64,000 nucleotides of DNA from Nitrospirae bacterium GWC2_57_13 (lineage in GTDB: Bacteria; Nitrospirota; UBA9217). Every line of letters begins with the position of its first letter. Position 1 is the first letter of the stretch. The translations under genes were made by a program, and so were the position numbers. Where the stretch lies: assembly GCA_001805055.1 (NCBI GenBank), contig MHDZ01000015.1, forward strand, positions 1,263 through 65,262. The letters run 5' to 3'. The notes under the pieces were generated by a model, which had not been told where the DNA came from, searched no databases, and saw only the letters and a list, made by a program, of their open reading frames with translations. Below, piece by piece: positions 34,392 to 44,381 of this stretch.

Positions 34392-34430
34392 CAGGGACAG
34401 TCCCCCTGGAACCAAAGGGGACTGTCCCTT
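34392..34430. repeat. Palindromic hairpin repeat GGGACAGTCCCC-N11-GGGGACTGTCCC
   Basis: Perfect 12-bp stem immediately downstream of the stop of the 34435..36066 gene. A near-identical copy lies at 51292-51330 downstream of another gene. Confidence 0.5.
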
Positions 34431-34434
34431 GTCG

Positions 34435-36066
34435 TCAATACTCCGGCATCAGCAGTTGGTTCTCCCGGGACCGGCTCTCGCCCAGGCTCATGACATAGAT
34501 CGCCGGCCTGCCGAGCACAGGACACTTGGTCTCGCAGATGCCGCAGCCGATGCAGAGCTCCAGGTCCACGTGGGGCTGCATGACCGCCACGGTCCGTCCT
34601 TCCCGGTCCTTCACCTTCACATCCTCGAACCAGATCGCCTTCTTCGGCGTGGGGCAGACCTCTTCGCAAACGATGCAGGGCCTGCTGTGGGCCCAGGGCA
34701 GGCAGCGCCCTTTGTCGATCATGGCGAGCCCGATTTTGACCTTCGCCTTTTCCTCGAGCGTCAGGCGTTTGATCGCTCCCGTGGGACAGACCTGTCCGCA
34801 GAGCGTGCAGCGGTATTCGCAGTAGCCGATGCGCGGCACCAGCACGGGCGACCAGATGCCTTCCAGCCCCGCCTCCATGAATGTGGGCTGCAGCCCGTTC
34901 GTGATGCAGACCTTCATGCACTCCCCGCACTTCACGCAGCGCTTCAGAAACTCCTTCTCCTCAAGCGACCCTGGCGGGCGGATCAGTGCCGGGTTCTTTG
35001 AATTGGCCTGGGCCAGCGGCGTGACCCGCAGGAGAGGCACCGCCACGACGCCCGCGACCGCTGCTGCTATCACCCGCCGCCTGCCCAGATCAAGAGGCGA
35101 CGCGGGCCGGGGTTTACCGAAGCCGAACCGGACGGCATTCTCCGGGCAGATGTCGTCGCAGTTCCAGCACATGAGGCACTCGGAGATGCGCCAGTGCTCC
35201 TTCGAGTCGGGCTGCGCATTTCCCTGGCAGACCGAAGCGCAGGCCCCGCAGGATGTGCATCCCTCGCTCACCGACCGGCTCAGCACGGCGCGGCGCGAAA
35301 GGACGCCCAGCAGCGCGCCAAGAGGACAGAGATGCTTGCACCAGAACCGCTTCTCAAGCAGACTCAGGCCGAGGATGACCAGAAAGAGCAGGCCGATGAA
35401 CACGCCCTGGACGTAGAAGGACTGACCAAAGGACAGCACTGTGCTCTTCAGAACATCATAGACCGGTTCGGTCAACAGGGCGATGCCCAAGGGGTTCACA
35501 GCGTAGACAACATCGAAATAGGCGCGGACCGCGTAATTGAAGAGCGGATAGACGCTTACGGAAAAGGAACGGATCAGGAGCGACAACGGGTCCATGACGC
35601 CCACGAACTGGAGGGTAAAGACCGACGAGACGAGAAGGAAGACCAGGATGAAATACTTCCAGCGATACCACTTCACGGGCATGGACTCGGGCTTGCGCTT
35701 CCGGAGCGAACCCACCATATTGTTCAGCGTGCCCAGAGGACAGACCCAGCCGCAGAAGACCCTGCCGAACAGCACCGTGGCCACGACGGTGATGAGCGAC
35801 AGGAGGAAAGCCACGGGCAGGGCATGAGCCGCGAGCATGGTGCTGATGGAAATGAGAGGGTCGAAGTCCAGGAAAAGCCGCACAGGATATCCAAGCTCAT
35901 CGTTCCCCTTCGACTCGGTCTGAATGAAGAGGAAGAGGAACAGGAGAAGGAAGAGGCCCTGGGTTATTCTGCGGATATTTTGTGTGGTAAGCAGTTTCTG
36001 CAAATCCTGTCTCACTGTGAGTAGGTGTTTGTGAATTCGATCCGGAACAGCCAGGCACCAATACAT
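34435..36066 (-). CDS. NapH-NapG-like fusion polyferredoxin (membrane quinol-dehydrogenase-type iron-sulfur protein)
   Basis: N-terminal NapH-like part with TM helices, two CxWxCP motifs (GRVFCGWVCP, RFWCKHLCP) and two ferredoxin motifs. An internal Tat-like hydrophobic segment (LGRRRVIAAAVAGVVAV) follows. The C-terminal NapG-like part has four CxxCxxCxxxCP clusters. Start ATG 36066 (MYWCLAV) has no SD and is uncertain. The track ORF N-terminus is read-through. Confidence 0.7.
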   Translation of the reverse strand: MYWCLAVPDRIHKHLLTVRQDLQKLLTTQNIRRITQGLFLLLFLFLFIQTESKGNDELGYPVRLFLDFDPLISISTMLAAHALPVAFLLSLITVVATVLFGRVFCGWVCPLGTLNNMVGSLRKRKPESMPVKWYRWKYFILVFLLVSSVFTLQFVGVMDPLSLLIRSFSVSVYPLFNYAVRAYFDVVYAVNPLGIALLTEPVYDVLKSTVLSFGQSFYVQGVFIGLLFLVILGLSLLEKRFWCKHLCPLGALLGVLSRRAVLSRSVSEGCTSCGACASVCQGNAQPDSKEHWRISECLMCWNCDDICPENAVRFGFGKPRPASPLDLGRRRVIAAAVAGVVAVPLLRVTPLAQANSKNPALIRPPGSLEEKEFLKRCVKCGECMKVCITNGLQPTFMEAGLEGIWSPVLVPRIGYCEYRCTLCGQVCPTGAIKRLTLEEKAKVKIGLAMIDKGRCLPWAHSRPCIVCEEVCPTPKKAIWFEDVKVKDREGRTVAVMQPHVDLELCIGCGICETKCPVLGRPAIYVMSLGESRSRENQLLMPEY

Positions 36067-36296
36067 ATCAAAGCATACCCAATGAGTCGTGCAAGAAAGG
36101 GCTGCACGTAAATACTTCTCGCTGACCCGCCTATGAACTATATTCGCGCCCGGTAGTTTCTGGCATGGAAAGCAGCCACCTGCTTCGGATAACGAACATG
36201 AATGCTTCCAACGCCGATAATAATTGCTAAAAACACTAGAATCTCTATCCTCATGGATTCGTCCTTCAGAGCGCATCGAGCGCCCTGTTCCATCGC

Positions 36297-36746
36297 CTAC
36301 TCTTTCCGGAATTTCTCCATCATCGCTTCAGCGCATTCAGGACAGAGCCCATGAGTGAACGAAGCCTTGGAATGCTCCGATACATACCGTTCGACCGGAT
36401 ACCATTTATCGTCCCGCCCTCGTATCTTCTTACAGCTTGCGCAGATAGGGAGCAAGCCCCTGAGCCGGATGATCTCATTTGCCGCGTTCTCCAGACGATG
36501 AACATAGAGGAACACCAGGAAGAACAGCAATGCCGTCAAAAATCCGCTCACCCCGCCCACGATCAGGTGCTCTTCGTGAAAGTACGGGATATCGGGATGG
36601 ACCTTAAGATCGATAAGGGCGTTCAGGTTGGCCATGAGCAGGACCACGAAAAATGCAAACAACGCCCGCACCACAACTCTCCTGGGAGAATGCCCGGCAC
36701 GATCCTTCGTGTCCCTTCGCTGAACGATCTTTTCTTTGCTTTTCAT
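36297..36746 (-). CDS. Small membrane protein (2 TM) with the same Cys/His-rich C-terminal module
   Basis: Start MKSKEK at 36746, alternatively 36827 just 10 nt after the DUF362 stop. TM helices VVVRALFAFFVVLLMANL and GFLTALLFFLVFLYV. C-terminal LLPICASCKKIRGRDDKWYPVERYVSEHSKASFTHGLCPECAEAMMEKF. Confidence 0.6.
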   Translation of the reverse strand: MKSKEKIVQRRDTKDRAGHSPRRVVVRALFAFFVVLLMANLNALIDLKVHPDIPYFHEEHLIVGGVSGFLTALLFFLVFLYVHRLENAANEIIRLRGLLPICASCKKIRGRDDKWYPVERYVSEHSKASFTHGLCPECAEAMMEKFRKE

Positions 36747-36837
36747 CCCTGTCCACTGATTCCCCAGTATCGAGCCATGAGCATCTTCATCCGCTTCATT
36801 CCGCACTCCGAACTCCGCATTCCACATTCGGGCGCGT

Positions 36838-37734
36838 CTACACCTTCATTTTTCTGATATTCAACTTCGCCAGGTCCATCACCCCGAACCCCGTCTCGGC
36901 CCCGATCCGCACGTACCCCAGGTCGCTTCCCTTCATGCCGAAGAGCGTTGCGCCGTAGGAGTCGATGGCTACCTGGTCTGTGCCGGCGATCACCGTATCG
37001 AGCCTCTTCACGTCGTCCAGGTCCCCGCCCTGGGGCCCGTTGTCCGTCAGGATCCGCACGGCGTCCAGGACCGTCAGCTTCGGCCTGATCGCCCTGGCCA
37101 GGTCCACAATGCTCTCGTCGAGTTTCTGATGGATCATCCTGCGCGAACCGCCCATGACGCCCATCCAGTTTTTCATGGACATGGTGAGCTTTGCAAGGCC
37201 GTGATGCTTCGCTATGGGCACATTGATCACCGTGTCCGCCTCAATCACTTCGGTATAGAGCGGCCAGGTCTTGAGCGCGATCCCCTTGATCTCCATATCC
37301 TTGAACTTCCGGTCATCCATGAAAATCACATCGGCGCCCTTGTCGCGGGCCGCCTCGGCGATGCCGCTCTGCACATAGCAGCGCCGCGGATCGTTCACCG
37401 GCCGGTCGAAGACCTTCACCTTCTTCGCCCCTGCCTCGATGCAGAGCCGGACCACTTCAGCCACCACCTCGGGATTCGTGTCTCCCGCCTGCTCAGGCAC
37501 GCGGTCCCAGGCGATATTTGGTTTCACGACCACGATGTCGCCGCGGGAAACGAACTTCTTCATCCCGCCCAAGGCCTCGATGGCCGCGCGCGTAATGGCG
37601 GCCGCTGACGGCCCCTGCACCACGGCAAGGTCAGGGCCTGCCTGCGCCGCCTCGGCTGCCTGCTTCAGGCCGCCGGGGAACGAAAGGCCTATGCCGGCCA
37701 GCGCTGCCGATCTCAAGAACTTTCTCCGGTCCAT
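36838..37734 (-). CDS. Tat-exported DUF362-domain protein
   Basis: Twin-arginine signal MDRRKFLRSAALAGIGLSF. DUF362 motifs VKPNIAWDRVPEQAGDTNPEVV and NVPIAKHHGLAKLTMSMKNWMG. SD GGGAGGTG. Confidence 0.75.
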   Translation of the reverse strand: MDRRKFLRSAALAGIGLSFPGGLKQAAEAAQAGPDLAVVQGPSAAAITRAAIEALGGMKKFVSRGDIVVVKPNIAWDRVPEQAGDTNPEVVAEVVRLCIEAGAKKVKVFDRPVNDPRRCYVQSGIAEAARDKGADVIFMDDRKFKDMEIKGIALKTWPLYTEVIEADTVINVPIAKHHGLAKLTMSMKNWMGVMGGSRRMIHQKLDESIVDLARAIRPKLTVLDAVRILTDNGPQGGDLDDVKRLDTVIAGTDQVAIDSYGATLFGMKGSDLGYVRIGAETGFGVMDLAKLNIRKMKV

Positions 37735-38159
37735 GGAACACCTCCCGGTAGGGATCGTTTATGATCGCATTCCAGTAATAACGCGGCCAGACGGCAGCAA
37801 CGACAATCAGCCGCTAAGACGCAAAAAAAAGATCGATGTATTCTTGTGTTGCCCAGGCTTCATGAAGACAGTTTCAAAATGATGCAAATCCCAATGCGGA
37901 GGGAATAGATTCAGCTTGGAATGATTTAAATCAACTATATATGCAGATCAGCATACTGTCAAGTCGTGAACCCGGCCGCGCCACAGATGGATCAGCCCGA
38001 CATCATGCTGCCGGCTATGAACAAATTGCCGGAAGGCATCCGCTTTTTAGGCTATAATGAAACTATTCACTCTTGCTATTTCCAAAACATCCCATACAAC
38101 AAAAGTTGCATCAAGGTTACGCATGTTCCCATCCAGCTCTCAGAAAAGGAGGTCGCGCT

Positions 38160-38444
38160 ATGCCGCACTACGTTATCATGAGCAACCTGACGGACGAAGG
38201 AAGGAAGACGATCAAGGAGAAGCCGGAACGGATCCAGGAGGTGAACAAGGAGATCGAAAAGATGGGCATCAAGGTGCTGTACCAATATGCGCTCCTCGGC
38301 GCCTACGACTTCATGAGCGTTATCGATGCGCCGAGCAACGAGGCGGTCATGAAAATGTCCGTGGACCTGGGCTCCCGCGGTTCGGTCCAGATGATGAGCC
38401 TTCCGGCTCTGGCAGTCGAGGATTTCATAAAGAAGATCAAATAA
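38160..38444 (+). CDS. GYD-domain protein
   Basis: MPHYVIMSNLTDEGRKTIKEKPERIQEV...YALLGAYDFMSVIDAPSNEAVMK is the GYD family signature. SD AAAGGAGG with a 7-nt spacer. ORF 38073..38444 trimmed. Confidence 0.7.
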   Translation: MPHYVIMSNLTDEGRKTIKEKPERIQEVNKEIEKMGIKVLYQYALLGAYDFMSVIDAPSNEAVMKMSVDLGSRGSVQMMSLPALAVEDFIKKIK

Positions 38445-38465
38445 TATTTCAGGGGGGGTAATCCG

Positions 38466-38756
38466 ATGAAAATACTTTCCATACTGCTCCTGGCCGCCGG
38501 CCTGACCCTTGCGGCAATCGGCACGGTCCCTGCCGACGACCTCGTCACGGTAAAGGGAACGGTGACCAGCATCAGCAAGGACGCCGGCACCATCACGATC
38601 AAGCCGAAGTCGGGCGCAGAGGTCGCTATTGTCATGGAAGACCGGGACCTGCTCGGCAGAGTGCGGGCAGGAGAGGTCGGCGAGGTGCGGTACCGCGTGA
38701 AGGACGGTGTCAATTCCGGCGTGAACCTCCGCAGGCTCGTGCAGGGCTGCGAGTGA
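38466..38756 (+). CDS. Small secreted hypothetical protein
   Basis: Signal peptide MKILSILLLAAGLTLAAIG. About 70-aa beta-rich mature part. SD GGGGGG. Confidence 0.55.
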   Translation: MKILSILLLAAGLTLAAIGTVPADDLVTVKGTVTSISKDAGTITIKPKSGAEVAIVMEDRDLLGRVRAGEVGEVRYRVKDGVNSGVNLRRLVQGCE

Positions 38757-38976
38757 CGCCTCAAAAGCCTTTTCCGACCTCTGCAGCATCCGTCATTTCT
38801 TCAAGCAGGCAGGGCGCACTGCGCACTGCCTCATCTTTCATCCGCTCACCCCCATTGCTATAATCCTGAAAAAGCATTTAGCCGCGAATTGGCGCGAATT
38901 TTCAAAAACTTGATCCAAATGCACGAGTCACCTGATTGGTGAATCATCAGAAAGACAAGATGCCTTTGTTTTTTCA

Positions 38977-38999
38977 ATCCGTAACCGTGTTCATCCGTG
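38977..38999 (+). promoter_or_regulatory. ATCCGT[AG] direct-repeat site sharing the 15-mer CCGTGTTCATCCGTG with 21616-21642
   Basis: ATCCGTAaCCGTGttcATCCGTG overlaps the -35 region of a weak promoter (-10 TAGGATAAT at 39019-39027) upstream of the DUF1189-like gene. Confidence 0.4.
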
Positions 39000-39092
39000 A
39001 TAGTTCAACTGCCGTTTTTAGGATAATCCAGTTTACACCAGCCCGAAAATTTGATAGACTTCCCCTCATCTCATTCCTTTCCGGAGGCTCTC

Positions 39093-39869
39093 ATGAAAAA
39101 ATATTCACTGTTCCAGGCCCCATACCTGTCGTTCTTTTCCCGCGCTTTCTACCATGACGTGGGAAAGAACTGGAAGGGCGTGGCCTTTGGCTACCTGCTG
39201 CTGCTGCTCGCCGTGCTCTGGATCCCGGTCATGATCACCGCCCACATGAAGCTGTCGGACTTCATCACCCGTGAAGCCCCCAAGATCGTGAACCAGATAC
39301 CGAAGATAACGATCACGAACGGCGAAGTGTCCATCGATAAGCCTGTTCCCTACTCGATCATCGACCCCGAATCGGGAACAGAGATCCTGCTGATCGACAC
39401 ATCAGGACAGACCACCTCCGTCGATCAGACAGAGGCCCTGGCACTCCTCACGAAGGACAAACTGATGATCCGGCAGCAACACCGGTCGGAGATCAGGGTC
39501 TACGACCTCTCGTCGGTCGACGCCGTAACCATTGACAGCGACATGGCGCGCACCATTGTTGAGTCTTTCCGGCGCTGGTTCGCCGTTTTCGCCTATCCTT
39601 TCGCCCTTGCGGGATCCTACGCCTTCCGGATCGTCCAGGCGCTCATCTACGGGCTCTTCGGCATGCTTTTCGCGACCATCCTGAAGGTCACGCTTGATTA
39701 TCCTGCCCTGCTGCGCCTGTCGGTCATGGCCGTCACTCCCGTGCTGATCATCACGACGATCGCGACCGTTTTCAGCCTTTCCCTGCCCATGCCGTGGCTG
39801 CTGGGCTTCGGCATTGCCATGGCCTATCTGTTCTTCGGTGTACGGGCGCAGAAAGTCAATGCGGCTTAG
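39093..39869 (+). CDS. DUF1189-like polytopic membrane protein
   Basis: MKKYSLFQAPYLSFFSRAFYHDVGKNWKG. One N-terminal helix, a soluble region of about 120 aa, then 3-4 C-terminal helices. SD GGAGG with a 5-nt spacer. Confidence 0.6.
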   Translation: MKKYSLFQAPYLSFFSRAFYHDVGKNWKGVAFGYLLLLLAVLWIPVMITAHMKLSDFITREAPKIVNQIPKITITNGEVSIDKPVPYSIIDPESGTEILLIDTSGQTTSVDQTEALALLTKDKLMIRQQHRSEIRVYDLSSVDAVTIDSDMARTIVESFRRWFAVFAYPFALAGSYAFRIVQALIYGLFGMLFATILKVTLDYPALLRLSVMAVTPVLIITTIATVFSLSLPMPWLLGFGIAMAYLFFGVRAQKVNAA

Positions 39870-39881
39870 GTCCTCACGGGC

Positions 39882-40319
39882 ATGACCATACCGCTCAGAA
39901 CTAAGATCATCGGAGGCCTGGCCGCGCTCTGCGTGCTTGCCGCCGCCGCAGGCATCCTTCGCTTCGTGAAGCCTCTCGTGCCCTCTTCCGGCTTTGAGGT
40001 GATATACGCCGAGGGAGAGCACTTCCGCGGCGACGGCCGGATATCCACCCGGCTGTTCAGAAAAGATCCTCACTATCTCTATGTTCCCGAAGTTGATTCC
40101 GTGTCTCAGTGGTGGGTGATCGACTTTGAGAACATGATGGCCTATGAAGCGCGGCCGCCTCGCAAGTTCCTCTCGATCGTCTACGTATTGCGGAACGACC
40201 TCTGGGGTGTCCCGCTTGATGACCCTGCGAAGAAGAATGAATGGCAATGGCAGTTCACGGCCGAGGGGGTGTCCTTTGCCGGCGGGAAATTTATCGGAAT
40301 CATCCGCAGAAAAAAATGA
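39882..40319 (+). CDS. Hypothetical exported protein
   Basis: Signal-anchor LRTKIIGGLAALCVLAAAAGIL, then a Trp-rich domain (SQWWVIDFENMMAY...NEWQWQF). Starts 13 nt after the previous stop. Confidence 0.5.
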   Translation: MTIPLRTKIIGGLAALCVLAAAAGILRFVKPLVPSSGFEVIYAEGEHFRGDGRISTRLFRKDPHYLYVPEVDSVSQWWVIDFENMMAYEARPPRKFLSIVYVLRNDLWGVPLDDPAKKNEWQWQFTAEGVSFAGGKFIGIIRRKK

Positions 40320-40389
40320 TCTAAGCGTACCCGGCGCTTGGGCCGTTTGAATTCCAGCGTAAGCGCCTTGAGCTGCAACGGGAGGGGTT

Positions 40390-41073
40390 TTGTCTTCGAA
40401 AGTGAAAATTGCTGCGCTGGTTCTCCTGGCAACAGCGCTCTTTCTGTCCCCCTTCTTCTGGGATATGCGGGCGGTCTTCTCCGTTGATCAGATGAAGCAA
40501 TGGCTCGAGGGAGCAGGACCTCTTGCGCCGCTCCTGTACATGGCGGCCATGGCGATCGCCGTGATCGTGAGCCCCATCCCCAGCGTGCCGCTGGACATCG
40601 CTGCAGGCGCCTTCTTCGGCCCCTTCCTCGGAACGGTCTACTCCGTTATCGGAGCGCTCGCCGGAGCCGGAGCCGCCTTCCTGATCGCCCGCTTCCTCGG
40701 CCGGGAGTTCATGGAACGTCACCTGGGCGGCCATATCAACTTCTGCAGCGCCTGCTCGAACAAACTCCTCACGCGGATCGTATTCCTGTCGCGCCTGATC
40801 CCTGTTGTCTCCTTTGACGTTGTGAGCTACGGCGCAGGGCTCACGAAGATGTCCCTCTCCCGCTTCTCACTTGCCACCTTCTTCGGCCTGATCCCCCTCA
40901 CCTTCGCCTACAATTATTTTGGCTCCGCCCTGATCGTCCGCTCCCGGCTCGCCATCGTCCTCGGCATTGTTATGGTCGTTCTCTTCTTTCTCATACCGAA
41001 ATGGCTGGAGCGTAAAGGCTTTGAACATAAAAATAATGCGGCTGGAGCAAAAAACGTGAAGGGGGAGGAATGA
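40390..41073 (+). CDS. DedA/TVP38/TMEM64-family membrane protein
   Basis: SPIPSVPLDIAAGAFFGPFLGTVYSVIGALAGAGAAFLIARFLGREF is the DedA signature. TTG start 4 nt after GGGAGGGG. Confidence 0.75.
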   Translation: MSSKVKIAALVLLATALFLSPFFWDMRAVFSVDQMKQWLEGAGPLAPLLYMAAMAIAVIVSPIPSVPLDIAAGAFFGPFLGTVYSVIGALAGAGAAFLIARFLGREFMERHLGGHINFCSACSNKLLTRIVFLSRLIPVVSFDVVSYGAGLTKMSLSRFSLATFFGLIPLTFAYNYFGSALIVRSRLAIVLGIVMVVLFFLIPKWLERKGFEHKNNAAGAKNVKGEE

Positions 41074-41146
41074 GAGGATAAGCGCTTCTCGTATGCAGTG
41101 CTCAGGAATGCCTCTGTCTGCTGTTTACCGACTTCTGCCTCCTGAA

Positions 41147-44100
41147 TCATGCTTCCTGCGAGCCCCGCCCTTTGTCCAGCGCTGCCCGGACCGCTCCCAG
41201 CAGGTCGGAGAGGGAAACGGGCTTCATGATAACGGCCGGGGATGCATCGTCAAGACCCTGGCGCTGGATGATGTCCGCAGTGTAACCGCTCAGGAACAGC
41301 GCCCTGATGCCGGGACGCGCACTTGCGATCTCCCGGAGCACGTCCCGGCCGTTCTTTTTCGGCATGATCACGTCCAGCAGAAGCAGATCTATCCGCTCCG
41401 CATTCTCATGAAAGAGGCGGACCGCCTCCTCACCATCCCCGGCAGCGAGGACCCTGTAGCCGTACTTTCCCAGAACGTCCACAATAAGTTCTCGGACCGC
41501 CGGATCGTCCTCGGCCACGAGCACGGTCTCGGCCCCCCCGCGCAGCGGCTGCACATTGGTCACAACTGCCTCCCCCTTCGCGGCGGGAACGACGGGGAGA
41601 TGGACGCGGAATGTCGTCCCTGATCCCGGTATGCTCGACACCTCGATGAACCCGTCATGCTGAGCCACGATACCGTACACGATGGCAAGGCCCAATCCCG
41701 TACCGCGGCCCACCTCCTTGGTGGTGAAGAAGGGCTCGAAAATCCTGGACCGCACCTTTTCATCCATACCGGCCCCCGTGTCGGATAGGGCGACCAGAAC
41801 GAAGTCACTTGCCTGTTCCGGCACTCCGGAAGCCGCGCTGCCGCTTTTCCAGTGCACCAGCGAAGTCTCGATGGTCAGGGCGCCGCCATTCGGCATGGCG
41901 TCGCGGGCGTTGGTCGCGAGGTTCATGAGCACCTGCTGGATCTGACCGGAGTCCGCCATTACGGTCGGGTCATCAGGAGTCAGGACGGTGCGGAATTCGA
42001 TGTCCTCACCGATCAGGCGGCGAAGCAGCTTCTCCACGTCCCGGACCACGGCATTCACCTGCACCGGCTTCGGATTGATGATCTGCTTCCGGCTGAAGGC
42101 CAGCAGCCCGTGCGTAAGGTTCGCGGCGCGCTCGGCCGCGGCGAGGATGTTCTCCACGTTCATCCTGAGAGGATCGTCCTCGCTCATCTGCATCGTGGCC
42201 AGGTTCCCGTAGCCCACGATTGCCGTCAGGATGTTGTTGAAATCATGGGCCACGCCGCCGGCAAGCTGGCCAACGGCCTCCATTTTCTGGGCCTGGAGCA
42301 GCAGCTGCTCCAGTTTTTTGAGCTGGGTCACGTCGCGCATGGTGCCCCGGAACATCGAAATTCCACCCGCCTCGTCATGCTCCACCGTCGCCGTGATAAG
42401 AACGGTCACCGGTTCACCGTCCTTCTTTTTCATGACGACCTCGAAATCCTTCACATACCCCTTCTGTCCGTAATTGTCGATCAATCGCCTCCGGTCTTCG
42501 GCGTTCAGATAGAGGTCTTCCGGGATATCCATCTTCAGCATCTCGTCTTTTGAAGCGTAGCCGAAAAGCTCGATGCCTGCGGGATTGATGTCCAGGAACC
42601 TGCCTTCCCGGGAGCTGATGAACACCACGTCTTTTGACTGCTCAAAGAGGGTCCGGTACTTCTCCTCCGACTCCCGGATGGTGCGGTTTGCGCTTTCGAT
42701 CTCCTGGAATTTGCCGCTCAGGGCCTCGGCCATTGCCCGGAAATTCTTGATCAGGGAGTCGATCTCCAGCACCGGACTTTCGGGGAGGTCGACGCGCTCC
42801 CGGCCCGAGACCCGGGACGGAAGGTTGCTGGTCACAGCGGCAAGCCTTCGCAGAGGACCAACAAGCGCGCCGCTCAGCACCTGGGAGGCCGCCACGGCCA
42901 ACAGGATCAGCACCAGGATGAGCGTGAAGCTGCCGATCTGGCTCCGGTAGAGCCGTTCACGAAAGGGCGCGAGGGGAGACTCAACGACGACGGTCCAGGG
43001 AATGTCATCGGAGAACGGCAGCTCCCTGACAAAGTACGACTGTCTCCACTGTTCCATGGGGGGAAGCCCCGGTTCCGCAAGGGAGAAAAGAGAGACCTTC
43101 GTGCCCGGAGGACCAGGCCTCCTGGTCCTCCTTTGTTCAAAGGTCTGCAGCGGCTTGAGATCAGCGCGGGTACTGGCGATCACAGTGTTATTACGGTCCA
43201 GAAGCGTTGTCCTGACGAGCCATGGTTGATTAAAGGTCGCGAGACGGTCCCTGATGTGATCAAGGTTCACGGCGCCGAGGACATAGCCGCTGAATTTCCC
43301 TGCCTTCAGCATCGGAACACTTAATGTCACAATGGGAGAAAAGACGCCGCCCCGCCCCTCGAACACATCCGAGATAACCGGTCTGCCCGTTGTCTTCATT
43401 TCGCGGTAATAGGGGCGGTCGGAAAAATCGATGCCGATGGTGCTCTGTCCTTTTGCATTCACCGGCGGATGGAAGGCCACGGTCCTGGCCGAAGCCTCGG
43501 CTATATACATGTTATAGAAGTCGGGGAAGAGCCGTTTAGTGTTCTCAAGCGTTTCCTGGAGCCGCGCAGAGGGCTTCAGGGCTTCACGGGAGGCGGTGCG
43601 CGCAACTTCACTGACAGCGCGGAGCTGGTTTTTGAGCCAGAAGGCCAGTATCTCTTCGGTCTTTAATGCGACCGATTCCAGCTCCCGGACGCTGGTGGTC
43701 TCCATCTGCCTGAACTCACGCCGGCTGTCGGCGGCCGTGGTCATGAGCACCGGCACGATGGCCAGCAGCATCATGATATTGAAAAGGGTATGCCGCAGGG
43801 AACTGATCGGCCTGCCAGGAATGCCGCTCACCCACTGCACGAGCGGAGCGTGGCCGATAAGGAGGCTTGCCAGGACCGTGTTCAGGATCCCGTTCACGCT
43901 CTGCTTCAGCATGACCAGCAGCGTGGCCTGGGCGTCCATTTCCAGCGCCCCGAAATAGAAGAGCCATATCAGGGGCGTGCCTATGACCACCCAGTACGCG
44001 GCGTCCAGCAGCACAAGGTTGTTCCGGCCCCGACGCAGCATCGATCCGACAAAGAGCGCCTCTGCAGTCAGTATCAGGAGAGCGTAGGGATGGTTCCAGA

Positions 44101-44320
44101 GGATGAACGTATAGCTGCCCGCGATGACCGCAACAATGACTCCGGGAACAGCCCCGAAAAGACGGAGTACCAGCATCACGGCAATGCTGCCGAGGATGAA
44201 GTCCACGCCGAAAAAAAGGGGGATGCTGAGGTAGTTCCCTGCAAGCCCCGCGAGTGCGAGGACGCCGAGGGCCGCTGCTGCGCGCGGCGTGAATCCTCTA
44301 TATGACACGGGTGGTCTCAT
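41147..44320 (-). CDS. Hybrid sensor histidine kinase / response regulator (membrane N-terminal domain, periplasmic Cache-like domain, PAS, HisKA, HATPase_c, REC)
   Basis: PAS ([24 protein letters not shown]). H-box [12 protein letters not shown]1 and G2 boxes (DTGAGMD, GTGLGL). C-terminal REC ([12 protein letters not shown]...LLLLDVIMP). Confidence 0.9.
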   Translation of the reverse strand: MRPPVSYRGFTPRAAAALGVLALAGLAGNYLSIPLFFGVDFILGSIAVMLVLRLFGAVPGVIVAVIAGSYTFILWNHPYALLILTAEALFVGSMLRRGRNNLVLLDAAYWVVIGTPLIWLFYFGALEMDAQATLLVMLKQSVNGILNTVLASLLIGHAPLVQWVSGIPGRPISSLRHTLFNIMMLLAIVPVLMTTAADSRREFRQMETTSVRELESVALKTEEILAFWLKNQLRAVSEVARTASREALKPSARLQETLENTKRLFPDFYNMYIAEASARTVAFHPPVNAKGQSTIGIDFSDRPYYREMKTTGRPVISDVFEGRGGVFSPIVTLSVPMLKAGKFSGYVLGAVNLDHIRDRLATFNQPWLVRTTLLDRNNTVIASTRADLKPLQTFEQRRTRRPGPPGTKVSLFSLAEPGLPPMEQWRQSYFVRELPFSDDIPWTVVVESPLAPFRERLYRSQIGSFTLILVLILLAVAASQVLSGALVGPLRRLAAVTSNLPSRVSGRERVDLPESPVLEIDSLIKNFRAMAEALSGKFQEIESANRTIRESEEKYRTLFEQSKDVVFISSREGRFLDINPAGIELFGYASKDEMLKMDIPEDLYLNAEDRRRLIDNYGQKGYVKDFEVVMKKKDGEPVTVLITATVEHDEAGGISMFRGTMRDVTQLKKLEQLLLQAQKMEAVGQLAGGVAHDFNNILTAIVGYGNLATMQMSEDDPLRMNVENILAAAERAANLTHGLLAFSRKQIINPKPVQVNAVVRDVEKLLRRLIGEDIEFRTVLTPDDPTVMADSGQIQQVLMNLATNARDAMPNGGALTIETSLVHWKSGSAASGVPEQASDFVLVALSDTGAGMDEKVRSRIFEPFFTTKEVGRGTGLGLAIVYGIVAQHDGFIEVSSIPGSGTTFRVHLPVVPAAKGEAVVTNVQPLRGGAETVLVAEDDPAVRELIVDVLGKYGYRVLAAGDGEEAVRLFHENAERIDLLLLDVIMPKKNGRDVLREIASARPGIRALFLSGYTADIIQRQGLDDASPAVIMKPVSLSDLLGAVRAALDKGRGSQEA

Positions 44321-44381
44321 GACTGAAAGGCGTTTACAGCAAACGTCTTATAGTATAGCAAAATTGCAGGCCAGTGATGGA

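Noticed and set aside
35194-36024. 276-aa plus-strand ORF
   Set aside because: It is antisense to the NapH-NapG-like polyferredoxin gene. Low-complexity Glu/Arg/Asp/Gln-rich shadow ORF.
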